A DNA stretch of 24,000 bases from a bacterium (GCA_043778525.1 JAYWGA010000020.1:7317-31316); one strand, 5' to 3'. Shown: positions 7,563 through 15,933, numbered from the stretch's first letter. Numbers and translations are program-made. Notes: a model not told the origin generated them from the sequence alone.

Positions 7563-9071
7563 TTATACTATTTTTTTGATTATTAGCTGCAAAGTGTCGC
7601 CCTCGGCTATGTCATACTTTGAGTCGATCATGAGACCGCAGTCATTGCCTTCTTTTACTTCGTCTACTTCTTGTTTGAAAGATTGTAGCTCTATTATTTT
7701 ACCTTTACCTATTATGGTTTCTTTGCGCATAATGCGTATGGTGCCATGATTTTTGAGATATCCTTCAAATACCTTTCCTCCGACTACTTGTGAAGTTTTG
7801 CTTCTATTAAATACGCGTATGATCTTCAAAGATCCAGCCACTTCTTCTATCTCGGTCTTTGGACGGGCAGCTTCTGCGTAGACACTCAGCCATTCGCTCA
7901 TTTTGTAAATGATGTCAAAGCTATTTATTTTTACTTTTAGTCTGTCAGCAGTCTCGATAGCCTTTTTATCTATACCAGTATGAAAAGATATGAGGGCGCA
8001 AGTCTTGTCTATGCTCGCCATACTCACATCCTTTTCCATCACTAGGCCTACATCTTTTTGTATTATTTTAAATCGCACTCCATCTATTTTGATAGCCAGT
8101 ATTTCTTTTTCTATAGCCTCGAGACTACCGTAGGTGTCAGCTTTTATTATTATAGGCAGAGCAAAGTCCTCAGTAAAATTAAAATCGTCAGAAAAAATAT
8201 TTCCATTTTTGATAGCTTGCGCAAAAATACTTGCAGCATCTTCGGCATCTCGTTTTTTGTCATGTGCAGTGAAGGTCTTTCCTGTTTCTGGGACTTTATT
8301 AAAGCCAGTTATTTTTATAGGCTCCCCAGCACTTGCCTCTTTTATAGTTTTGCCTAAAAAGTTTTCCATTATACGTGTAGGCGAGGTCGCGTCTTCTACT
8401 TGTATGGTAGAGCCCGCGTGCACCTTTCCTTTTTTTACTATCAAGGTCGCCGAGATACCTCTTTTGCTATCTACAAATGACTCTAAGATGACACCTGAGC
8501 CTTCTTCATTTGCATCAAATGACAGATCTATTATTTCACTTTGTATCACTATGAGGTCTAGCAGCTCGTCTATATTTGTGCCCATCTTTGCTGAGATACC
8601 GACAAAAGGCACTGTTCCTCCCCAGCCCTCGACAAATATACCAATATCAGATAGAGAGTTTTTTACCATGTCTAGATTTGCACTCGGCTTGTCTATTTTA
8701 TTTATGGCTACTATACAAGGTAGTCCTGATTTTTCTATAGCTTTCCAGCTTTCTTTTGTTTGTGGCTTGGCGCCGTCTTCGGCTGAGACTACTAAGATAG
8801 CGATATCGGCAATATCTACTCCACGCTCGCGCATAGATGAAAAAGCGGCGTGGCCAGGCGTATCTAAAAAGGTGATAGGAGACTCTTTGCCGTCACTCGT
8901 TTTCCAGTTTACCTCGTACGCCGAAATATGCTGAGTGATACCACCAGCCTCGCCGTCTACTACATTACTTTTGCGTATATAGTCCAAAAGACTAGACTTG
9001 CCATGGTCTACATGGCCAACTATAGCTACTATAGGAGCTCTTTTGCTCACATTTTTTACAGGATTTGACAT
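7563..9071 (-). CDS. infB: Translation initiation factor IF-2 (short form, lacks the long N-terminal region)
   Basis: G-domain motifs VAIVGHVDHGKSSLLD (G1), GITQHI, DTPGH (G3), NKID (G4), followed by typical IF-2 domains II-IV. Only 502 aa. Confidence 0.95.
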   Translation of the reverse strand: MSNPVKNVSKRAPIVAIVGHVDHGKSSLLDYIRKSNVVDGEAGGITQHISAYEVNWKTSDGKESPITFLDTPGHAAFSSMRERGVDIADIAILVVSAEDGAKPQTKESWKAIEKSGLPCIVAINKIDKPSANLDMVKNSLSDIGIFVEGWGGTVPFVGISAKMGTNIDELLDLIVIQSEIIDLSFDANEEGSGVILESFVDSKRGISATLIVKKGKVHAGSTIQVEDATSPTRIMENFLGKTIKEASAGEPIKITGFNKVPETGKTFTAHDKKRDAEDAASIFAQAIKNGNIFSDDFNFTEDFALPIIIKADTYGSLEAIEKEILAIKIDGVRFKIIQKDVGLVMEKDVSMASIDKTCALISFHTGIDKKAIETADRLKVKINSFDIIYKMSEWLSVYAEAARPKTEIEEVAGSLKIIRVFNRSKTSQVVGGKVFEGYLKNHGTIRIMRKETIIGKGKIIELQSFKQEVDEVKEGNDCGLMIDSKYDIAEGDTLQLIIKKIV

Positions 9072-9077
9072 TTGTAC

Positions 9078-9086
9078 ATTCTATCA
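9078..9086 (-). promoter_or_regulatory. Extended -10 promoter (TGATAGAAT on minus strand) for infB, leaderless-type spacing
   Basis: The minus strand reads TGATAGAAT-GTACAA-ATG, with the hexamer ending 6 nt before the infB start codon. Confidence 0.45.
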
Positions 9087-9101
9087 TAAAAATACTTTTT
9101 T

Positions 9102-9110
9102 TGCTATATT
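9102..9110 (+). promoter_or_regulatory. Extended -10 promoter (TGCTATATT), leaderless-type spacing
   Basis: It ends 7 nt before ATG 9118, the start that is followed by a signal-peptide-like sequence. It is divergent from the infB promoter. Confidence 0.4.
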
Positions 9111-9117
9111 GTATATA

Positions 9118-10197
9118 ATGAAGAGCTTAAAACTTTTTACTTTTATTTTTGCTTTGTTTTTTATACAAAGTGCTAGGGCACTGGATATTTCTAATTTTCA
9201 AAAACATTTGACAGACAAAATAGTAAGCCAGACTTTTTTGGATCCAAAAGAGCAAACCTTTTGTGTTAAGGGGCCAGATTTTGAATTTGCCCAAAATGGC
9301 GCAAAACAAATAGTGCCAGCCTCAGTAGCAAAAATATATACGACCAATTTTGTGCTAGAAAAGCTGGATAAAAATATAGTGTTTGAAACTAAATTAAGAA
9401 TTATAAAAAACGTTTTGTATATAAAAAGTGAAGGCGATCCTACTTTTTCAGAAAAAGAATTATTGGATTTTCTTTTGAAAGAAAAGCTTAAAAACCCAAA
9501 ACTAAAAATAAATAAAATAGTTTATGACAAAAATTTTATCTATGATTTTTCTTTTGATAAAAAATCATTAGAAAATAATTTACAAAAATTTATAGATAAA
9601 AACAAAGAAAGTAAAGAAGATTATTTTGATAAAAAAGTAAAAATAGTGAAAGTATACAAAACTTTAATCGGCAAAAATTTTACGGTCTATAAATCTCCAA
9701 AACTTTTGGAAATAATAAAAGAGATGAATGAATATTCAAATAATAGTATCGCGGTCAATCTTTTAAATAAAGTGGGTGGCCCAAATATGATGATGAATAA
9801 TCTGCGTAAAAAATATGACGTAAATGCGCAGCAAATGTTTTTTAGAAATGGCTCTGGCCTACTGGGCAACTACACCACCTGTGATCTGACTATAAAGGTA
9901 CTCGAAAATATAAATAAAAATGCTAAAGCAAAAAACTTTGAAATAGCAAATGTATTTGATAGTCCAGGTAAAGAAAATACGGCGATGAGAAATATTTTAA
10001 AAGATTATAAATATGATGGCAAAATATATGCCAAAAACGGCTATCTGTATGGCTACAATACCATAGCTGGAGTTTATGAAAATAATGGTAAAAAAGTTTT
10101 TTTCGCTGTGTTTTTAAATTATGCAAATGCTAATGACTATCAAAAGGGTATATCTACAATAGATGAAATGTTGAAAATAATAATTAACAATAATTAA
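9118..10197 (+). CDS. Serine-type D-Ala-D-Ala carboxypeptidase / PBP4-like (peptidase S13-like), secreted
   Basis: Signal peptide MKSLKLFTFIFALFFIQSARA. Penicillin-binding motifs in the correct order: SVAK (SxxK), SNN (SxN) and a KNG (KTG-like) triad. The start was moved from 8998 to 9118, because the track ORF otherwise overlaps infB. Confidence 0.65.
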   Translation: MKSLKLFTFIFALFFIQSARALDISNFQKHLTDKIVSQTFLDPKEQTFCVKGPDFEFAQNGAKQIVPASVAKIYTTNFVLEKLDKNIVFETKLRIIKNVLYIKSEGDPTFSEKELLDFLLKEKLKNPKLKINKIVYDKNFIYDFSFDKKSLENNLQKFIDKNKESKEDYFDKKVKIVKVYKTLIGKNFTVYKSPKLLEIIKEMNEYSNNSIAVNLLNKVGGPNMMMNNLRKKYDVNAQQMFFRNGSGLLGNYTTCDLTIKVLENINKNAKAKNFEIANVFDSPGKENTAMRNILKDYKYDGKIYAKNGYLYGYNTIAGVYENNGKKVFFAVFLNYANANDYQKGISTIDEMLKIIINNN

Positions 10198-10239
10198 CTG
10201 AATAATTAAAAGTAAAATAAATAATAAAATATAGTTTCG

Positions 10240-10248
10240 TGCTATAAT
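10240..10248 (+). promoter_or_regulatory. Extended -10 promoter (TGCTATAAT) for ychF
   Basis: A perfect TGnTATAAT sits 9 nt upstream of ATG 10258. Confidence 0.45.
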
Positions 10249-10257
10249 ACTTTTTAT

Positions 10258-11358
10258 ATGAAATTAGCAATAGGAATAGTGGGACTGCCAAACGTAGGCA
10301 AAAGTACTCTTTTTAATGCACTGACCAAAAAGAGTGTGCCAGCAGAAAATTATCCTTTTTGTACTATCGATCCATCTGTGGGGATAGTGGCTGTACCAGA
10401 CGAGAGGCTGACAAAGCTCTCAGTGCTATCGGCCTCGGTAAAGACTGTACCGGCTGTGATAGAGTTTGTGGATATCGCGGGCCTTGTAAAGGGTGCGAGC
10501 AATGGAGAGGGTATGGGAAATGCCTTTCTTTCACATATACGCGAGGTAGATGCTATCGGCGAGGTGGTGCGACTTTTTGAGTCGGGAGATATCACACATG
10601 TGGAGGGTTCGGTATATCCGCTGCGCGATGTAGAGATTATAAACACAGAGCTGGCTCTCGCGGATCTTTCTACCATCGAAAAGCGCATAGACAATCTAGC
10701 AAAAGATATAAGAAAAAATATACCAGAGGCTATAAAAGAAAAAGAAGTACTCGAAAAGGCACTTGTAATAGTAAATAATTCTCTCTTGCTTACAAGTGAA
10801 GCTTGGACCGCAGAGGAGTTTGAAATACTTAAAAGACTAAGCCTACTTACAATTAAGCCGATACTATATATTTTAAATAAAAAGTCAGGTGGCAAAAACA
10901 TAGAAGAGACTGACGAAAGATTTACGGAGCTAGCAGCTTACATAGCCAAAACAAAAGCCAGCTATGTAATAATAGATGCCAAGGTGGAAGATGATTTGAA
11001 AGATTTTGAAGGCGAGGAGAAAGAGATGTTTAGGCAGGAGATATCTGGAGGTGTGTCTGATGACGGAGTAAATAGCCTTATAAAATCTGCTTATAACTTG
11101 CTCGGTCTTGAAACTTATTTTACTACAGGCGTGGACGAAAGCCGCGCCTGGACCATAGCAAAAGGTAGCACCGCACCTGTGGCTGGTATGGCTATACATA
11201 CAGACTTTAGGGACAAATTTATAAAAGCCGATGTGGTGTTTTACTCTGACCTACTAGAGGCTGGATCATACGGCCGCGCAAGAGAGAATGGAAAGCTACG
11301 CACTGAAGGCCGCGACTATATAGTCATAGATGGTGATGTGATAGAATTTAAAGTGTAA
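10258..11358 (+). CDS. ychF: Redox-regulated ATPase YchF (Obg-family GTPase/ATPase)
   Basis: The N-terminus GIVGLPNVGKSTLFNALT...NYPFCTIDPSVG...DIAGLVKGAS is diagnostic. The C-terminal TGS-like end is DGDVIEFKV. 366 aa. Confidence 0.95.
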   Translation: MKLAIGIVGLPNVGKSTLFNALTKKSVPAENYPFCTIDPSVGIVAVPDERLTKLSVLSASVKTVPAVIEFVDIAGLVKGASNGEGMGNAFLSHIREVDAIGEVVRLFESGDITHVEGSVYPLRDVEIINTELALADLSTIEKRIDNLAKDIRKNIPEAIKEKEVLEKALVIVNNSLLLTSEAWTAEEFEILKRLSLLTIKPILYILNKKSGGKNIEETDERFTELAAYIAKTKASYVIIDAKVEDDLKDFEGEEKEMFRQEISGGVSDDGVNSLIKSAYNLLGLETYFTTGVDESRAWTIAKGSTAPVAGMAIHTDFRDKFIKADVVFYSDLLEAGSYGRARENGKLRTEGRDYIVIDGDVIEFKV

Positions 11359-11389
11359 TTTTTTGCAAGTTTACAATGTATTAAAATAA

Positions 11390-12412
11390 ATGGGACAGCA
11401 AATAAATATAGTAATAAGTGGTAGGGTGCAGGGGGTAATGTTTCGTCAGTCTGTAAAAAGTTTTGCTGAAGCAAATAATATTTGCGGGTTTGCCGAAAAC
11501 ACGCAAGGCGGTGATGTAAAAATAATAGCTCAAGGAGAGCCAGATGATTTATTGGCGCTTTTTTCTTATTGCCATACTGGTCCACTACTAGCCAAAGTAA
11601 AAAGTATAAAAGGAGAGTGGTCAGAGATAGGGGAAAAGTTTATAGATTTTAAAGTAAAAAGAAATGGAAAAAATATACTAGAAGATCAAATAAATGCCTT
11701 TACAAATCTAGGTAAAGAAATCGTAAATATAAAACAAATACCAAAACACATAGTCATAATACCAGACGGCAGTAGGCGCTGGGCCAAAGAAAAAAAACTG
11801 CCAGAGGTATTTGGGCATAGAGAAGGTGCCAAAAAAATAAAAGAATTTGTAAACTTTTTAGTAAATACCGAAACGGAGCATTTGACCATTTGGGGATTTT
11901 CTACCGAAAACTGGAGTAGGCAGCAAAAAGAAGTGGATAGCTTGATGAAAATATTTTTAAATTCAATAAAAGAAATGGCCTATGAATGTGAAAAGAATAA
12001 AATAAAATTTAGGCATCTAGGCAGAAAGACAGAGCTTTCGCAGGAGGTATTAGACGCTCTTAAAAAACTAGAGACAGACACAGAAAACTATGGTCCAAAA
12101 AATATAAATCTAGCCCTAGATTATGGAGGTCGTGATGAAATAATAAGAGCCATACAAAAAATAAAAAATATAGAGCAAATAGGAAAAATGAACGAAGAAA
12201 ACTTTGGCAAATTGCTCGACACTAAAGATGTGCCAGACCCAGATCTGATAATACGTACTAGTGGCGAAAAGAGGCTCTCGGGCATATTGCCTTGGCAGTC
12301 TACCTATGCCGAGCTTTACTTTACAGACAAGCATTTTCCAGATTTTAATAGAGCTCAGCTGAGTTTGGCGGTAGAGGAATACTCAAGTCGCAAAAGGCGT
12401 CTGGGTAAATAG
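11390..12412 (+). CDS. uppS: Fusion protein: acylphosphatase domain (N) + di-trans,poly-cis-undecaprenyl-diphosphate synthase (C)
   Basis: aa 1-90 carry an acylphosphatase signature (ISGRVQGVMFRQSV...GFAENTQGGDVKIIAQGE). aa about 115-340 carry UppS motifs (IIPDGSRRWA, GHREGA, TIWGFSTENWSR, RTSGEKRLSGILPWQSTYAELYF). Confidence 0.9.
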   Translation: MGQQINIVISGRVQGVMFRQSVKSFAEANNICGFAENTQGGDVKIIAQGEPDDLLALFSYCHTGPLLAKVKSIKGEWSEIGEKFIDFKVKRNGKNILEDQINAFTNLGKEIVNIKQIPKHIVIIPDGSRRWAKEKKLPEVFGHREGAKKIKEFVNFLVNTETEHLTIWGFSTENWSRQQKEVDSLMKIFLNSIKEMAYECEKNKIKFRHLGRKTELSQEVLDALKKLETDTENYGPKNINLALDYGGRDEIIRAIQKIKNIEQIGKMNEENFGKLLDTKDVPDPDLIIRTSGEKRLSGILPWQSTYAELYFTDKHFPDFNRAQLSLAVEEYSSRKRRLGK

Positions 12413-12428
12413 ATACTAGAGTTCGGTA

Positions 12429-12437
12429 TGATATAAT
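12429..12437 (+). promoter_or_regulatory. Extended -10 promoter (TGATATAAT), leaderless-type spacing to ATG 12444
   Basis: The hexamer abuts ATG 12438 and ends 6 nt before the in-frame ATG 12444, which favours 12444 as a leaderless start. Confidence 0.4.
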
Positions 12438-12443
12438 ATGGCT

Positions 12444-14153
12444 ATGAAAATCTTTTATAGAATACTTGTGAGAGTTGCAGTATATTTAGTAGTATTTTCT
12501 ATTTTCTTTTTTATTTTTGATAAGTATTTTTATGAGCCAAATAAAAGCGTAAACTACGGCGCCTATGAAGCTATAAAAACTACTCAAGAATATGTAAAGA
12601 CTAAAGTTTTTAACAAAGGGGAAATGTCGCGACTGTATGCTGTCTCTGCGAGTGTGTATAGCGAGAGTTTAGATGCTGGAGCTAGCAAAGAATGCGCTAA
12701 ATATTTGTCTGACAATATTACTTTTAATCTTTATGATGAAAAATATGTGCTGACTGAAAATAAAAAAAATTGTGACTTGAAAATTTATAATAAATGGCTA
12801 GATTGGCATAGAAGTGATAAAGAATTTTTTAATAAAAGCTATACAAAGCCAAATATAAAAGATGTACCCAGCGCCACCTGGGAAAGTAAGGAAGAGCCAC
12901 TAATGCCAAATGCGGGTAATTGGAAAAGATTTGCAGAGCCATCGAGTCCTGATTTTGATAAGTATTATAAACTACCGCCACCACCATCAGTAGAGCAGGC
13001 TAAAATAGATGCAAAAGAAGTGCAAATGCAAATGCAAAAGGCGAGTGCCCAGGATAAAATAGATGCAGAGTACTACAATGCGCGCCAAGGTACGCAAGAG
13101 TACGTAGGTCTTTGGACTGACTTTTTAAATAAAGAAGTAAAAACCTTAAATAGAAAAGTATCTGAAAAAGAGTATGCTAAAATGCAAATGGCTTTGACAC
13201 AGTCTATGGCTGATAGCTTTTTGGAGACTTGGAAGTATAAATTTAAATACTGGACTGCGCGGCCTAGTATGGTCTTGCCTGAGCTAGAAAAAGATTTGCT
13301 TTTACCAAATCCAAACTTCCCTAGCTATCCATCGGGCCACTCTACGGTAGGTGCTACTGCTGCGACTGTGATGAAATATTTTATACCAGAGCGCGCTAGT
13401 GTGTGGGAGTATTATGCAGAGAGATCGCGTACAGGTAGGGTAGATTCTGGAGTGCATTTTGTAGTCGATACAGTAGAAGGGGGAATACTTGGCACAAAGA
13501 TAGCAGGCGAATATTTAAAGATAGCAAATGCAAAAGGCTTAGAGAGACTTGCTCTATTTGAACAAAAAAAGGACGGCAAAATATCTCTGTATGAGTACGG
13601 CTTTGAGGATGCAAAAGGCGATAGCAAAAAAATATATCTGACACTAGACGAAAGCGAAGCTAAAAATATAAAATATAGAAATGGTCTAAAAAAGCTACAT
13701 ATTAATGACTTTTGGAGTCCAGACAGATGCCTCGGCATACTTTCACAGTCTGGCCCCGAGTATTTGGTATTTTCAGATTCATTTATAGATGATCCTGTTA
13801 AAAAGAATTATATAAACTTTATTTATATTTATAATATATATAAAAATAAACTAGAGAGCTTTCGTACCGATATACCAGCCGAAAAGTTATTCTTTGTAGA
13901 TAATAATTTTTATTTTTTAGCAAAAGATAAAGCAATATATAAAATAGATATAAATAATATTAAAATAATTTTAGAAAAAGATTTATCATTGGAGTATTTG
14001 GAAAATGCAAAAAATACACAAGAGAATAAAAAGTTTTTACTAGACCTTAAACCAGAAAGTGGCTCGGCTATAAAAGTGTTTTACCAAAACAAAAATATTT
14101 TAGAATTATTTAAGGAGGAAGGGTTTAAATATTTTATTATCGGTATAATATAG
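12444..14153 (+). CDS. Membrane-anchored PAP2 / vanadium-haloperoxidase-like phosphatase-superfamily protein with extra N- and C-terminal regions
   Basis: N-terminal TM segment. PAP2 motifs in order: KFKYWTARP (Kx6RP), PSYPSGHS (PSGH), GRVDSGVHFVVD (Rx5Hx3D). About 200 aa of unrecognised C-terminal sequence. The alternative start is 12438. Confidence 0.7.
   Translation: MKIFYRILVRVAVYLVVFSIFFFIFDKYFYEPNKSVNYGAYEAIKTTQEYVKTKVFNKGEMSRLYAVSASVYSESLDAGASKECAKYLSDNITFNLYDEKYVLTENKKNCDLKIYNKWLDWHRSDKEFFNKSYTKPNIKDVPSATWESKEEPLMPNAGNWKRFAEPSSPDFDKYYKLPPPPSVEQAKIDAKEVQMQMQKASAQDKIDAEYYNARQGTQEYVGLWTDFLNKEVKTLNRKVSEKEYAKMQMALTQSMADSFLETWKYKFKYWTARPSMVLPELEKDLLLPNPNFPSYPSGHSTVGATAATVMKYFIPERASVWEYYAERSRTGRVDSGVHFVVDTVEGGILGTKIAGEYLKIANAKGLERLALFEQKKDGKISLYEYGFEDAKGDSKKIYLTLDESEAKNIKYRNGLKKLHINDFWSPDRCLGILSQSGPEYLVFSDSFIDDPVKKNYINFIYIYNIYKNKLESFRTDIPAEKLFFVDNNFYFLAKDKAIYKIDINNIKIILEKDLSLEYLENAKNTQENKKFLLDLKPESGSAIKVFYQNKNILELFKEEGFKYFIIGII
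14141..14149 (+). promoter_or_regulatory. -10 promoter element (cggTATAAT), leaderless-type spacing
   Basis: TATAAT ends 7 nt before ATG 14157. Confidence 0.35.
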
Positions 14154-14156
14154 TAT

Positions 14157-14570
14157 ATGCTAAAGTTTTATTTTAAAGTGCGCAAAAGGGTGACTAGTGT
14201 TAGGAAGCGGACACGAAAGAAAAATAGTATAAAAAGCCAAAAAGACTATATAGAGCATAAGGAAATGGCGAGAGTGCTAGTCCTGGAGAGGCTAGAGTAT
14301 TTTAATCAATTTTACAATTTAAAATGGGGCAGGGTATCTATTAAAAATGTAAAGACGCGCTGGGGCAGCTGCTCTTCTAAAGGCAATCTCAACTTTAGCT
14401 ACAAAATAATAAAGCTAGCGCCGCATCTAGCTGACTATATTATAGTGCATGAGCTATGCCATCTGAAGGAGATGAATCACGCGCAAGCTTTTTGGGACTT
14501 GGTAGCACAGCAAATGCCAGAGTACAAGGCATTAAAAAATGAGCTGGCTAAAATTAAACTATATAACTAA
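14157..14570 (+). CDS. YgjP-like (DUF45 / M48-SprT-like) zinc metallopeptidase, short form
   Basis: Matches the DUF45 signature ending in the HExxH metal site: RWGSCSSKGNLNFSYKIIKLAPHLADYIIVHELCHLKEMNHAQAFWDLV. 137 aa. Confidence 0.8.
   Translation: MLKFYFKVRKRVTSVRKRTRKKNSIKSQKDYIEHKEMARVLVLERLEYFNQFYNLKWGRVSIKNVKTRWGSCSSKGNLNFSYKIIKLAPHLADYIIVHELCHLKEMNHAQAFWDLVAQQMPEYKALKNELAKIKLYN
14529..14556 (+). repeat. Left copy of a perfect 28-bp direct repeat (gcattaaaaaatgagctggctaaaatta), inside the 3' end of the ygjP-like gene
   Basis: Identical letter-for-letter to 15072-15099. It encodes ALKNELAKI in the ygjP-like reading frame. Confidence 0.95.
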
Positions 14571-14579
14571 GCCACAATA

Positions 14580-14588
14580 TGATAAAAT
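14580..14588 (+). promoter_or_regulatory. Extended -10 promoter (TGATAAAAT) for the MazF-like gene, leaderless-type spacing
   Basis: It ends 6 nt before ATG 14595 and lies inside the repeat-bounded insertion. Confidence 0.4.
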
Positions 14589-14594
14589 GTAGAT

Positions 14595-14978
14595 ATGAAA
14601 GATTTTAATGCATGGAGCGAGGTCAAAAAATCACAAGACGATAAAATTAGAAATGTATTTTGCAAAGAGCGTGATATTTGGTGGTCTACACTTGGACTAA
14701 ATATTGGCGATGAGGAAGATGGTAAGGGTGAGTTATTTGAAAGACCGATCATTGTAATTAAAAAATTTAATAATAATATATTTTGGGGATGTGCTTTGTC
14801 TACTAAAATAAAAGATAATAATAAGTATTATGTAAAAGTTAAAACTAAAGAAGGTGTGCAGTCTGTGATAATTTCTCAGCTGCGCTTATACGATACAAAA
14901 AGACTTGGAGAAAAAATAGATGTAGCAAGTAAAGAAGATTTTGAAAAAATAAAAACAGCAATTAAAAATTTGCTGTAA
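14595..14978 (+). CDS. PemK/MazF-family toxin-like protein (orphan; no adjacent antitoxin ORF seen)
   Basis: RDIWWSTLGLNIGDEEDGKGELFERPIIVIKKF matches the MazF/PemK core 'GeIwwv.lG.n.G.Eq.G..RPvlVi'. Later SQLRLYDTKRLGEKI matches 'sQirtid..Rl..kiG'. 127 aa. Confidence 0.7.
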   Translation: MKDFNAWSEVKKSQDDKIRNVFCKERDIWWSTLGLNIGDEEDGKGELFERPIIVIKKFNNNIFWGCALSTKIKDNNKYYVKVKTKEGVQSVIISQLRLYDTKRLGEKIDVASKEDFEKIKTAIKNLL

Positions 14979-14992
14979 TTATTGTTATTACC

Positions 14993-15010
14993 CGAGAGAT
15001 TTCTCTCTCG
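14993..15010. other. Perfect 7-bp stem / 4-nt loop hairpin (CGAGAGA-TTTC-TCTCTCG) downstream of the MazF-like gene
   Basis: Seen directly in the sequence. There is no U-tract on either strand, so a role as an intrinsic terminator is uncertain. Confidence 0.3.
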
Positions 15011-15071
15011 AAAGCCCGGAGGCATTTGTATCTATAATATTATACGAAAACAATAAATAAGTCAAGGTAAT

Positions 15072-15099
15072 GCATTAAAAAATGAGCTGGCTAAAATTA
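15072..15099 (+). repeat. Right copy of the 28-bp direct repeat; overlaps the stop codon of the minus-strand deacetylase gene
   Basis: Identical to 14529-14556. Read in the + frame it continues as ALKNELAKIILK-stop (TAG at 15108-15110), which looks like the ancestral 3' end of the ygjP-like gene. Confidence 0.95.
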
Positions 15100-15933
15100 T
15101 TTTAAAGTAGATTTTTTAGCTGGAAAAAGCTCGTAAAATAATCCCATATTACTATTTATGTTGTACCTATTTAATTTAAAGATATCTTTTTGCGTATGAT
15201 AGTTACCATAGCTATCCGACACTGCCGCTATGTAGCCAGCCTCTTCTACTATTTTCGTGACGGTAGCATTTGTGAGGCCATAAGGGTATGAAAAAATATT
15301 TACAGGCTTGCCTATTTTGTCTTCTAGTATTTTTTTACTTCCAGCTATTTCTCTTTCTAGTATTTTTGTGTCTGTTATTTTATTTAGTTTTGGATGAGAG
15401 ACGGTATGCGCTCCTATGGTCATATTATTTTTATCCATATCTATTATATCTTTCCAGCTCATGGCTATGGGGTAGTTTTTATTTATGGCTTTAGTATAAA
15501 TAAAAAAGTTTGCTCGCAAATTATATTTTTTAAGTATAGGGTAGGCATTTGTGTACTGATTTCTATAGCCATCATCAAAAGTGATAATGACTGGATTTTC
15601 GGGAAGTGGCGTATTTTTATTTAAATTATTTACTAGATCATCAAAACTTATAATACTATAATCATTTTCTTTTAGATACTTCATCTGGGTTTCAAAAATA
15701 TTTATAGGCGTGATAAATTCTTTTGCAAAAATATTATCTTTTTTATTAAAATCTCGCACTTGATGATAGGTGAGTATCACCACTTTTGTACTAGTACTTT
15801 TTGTAAAGTTTTGCTCAAGAGTTTCTAGCTTTACCTCAGATATTTCAAAAGGTGTCTCACCAGGGTAGGCAAAGGTGGCTTGTGATAAACAGATAACAAT
15901 AAAAAACGAAATTACTTTAATAATTTTTTTCAT
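15097..15933 (-). CDS. Polysaccharide deacetylase family protein (NodB/PgdA-like), secreted
   Basis: Signal peptide, then NodB motifs ITFDDGYRNQYTNAYPILKKYNLRANFFI and IGAHTVSHPKL. Confidence 0.9.
   Translation of the reverse strand: MKKIIKVISFFIVICLSQATFAYPGETPFEISEVKLETLEQNFTKSTSTKVVILTYHQVRDFNKKDNIFAKEFITPINIFETQMKYLKENDYSIISFDDLVNNLNKNTPLPENPVIITFDDGYRNQYTNAYPILKKYNLRANFFIYTKAINKNYPIAMSWKDIIDMDKNNMTIGAHTVSHPKLNKITDTKILEREIAGSKKILEDKIGKPVNIFSYPYGLTNATVTKIVEEAGYIAAVSDSYGNYHTQKDIFKLNRYNINSNMGLFYELFPAKKSTLK

Noticed and set aside
8134-8934. 266-aa plus-strand ORF (and 8058-8357) inside infB
   Set aside because: It is antisense to the unambiguous IF-2 gene, rich in Ser/Phe/Ile as expected for a shadow frame, and carries no motifs.
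10350-10901. 183-aa minus-strand ORF (and 10359-10580 +, 10930-11199 -) overlapping ychF
   Set aside because: These are shadow ORFs of the highly conserved ychF frame.
14979-15061. Integron attC-like element after the MazF-like cassette (8-bp inverted ttattgtt/aacaataa around a hairpin)
   Set aside because: There are no GTTRRRY/RYYYAAC core sites, no integron integrase and no neighbouring cassettes. The AT-rich 8-mers are likely chance.
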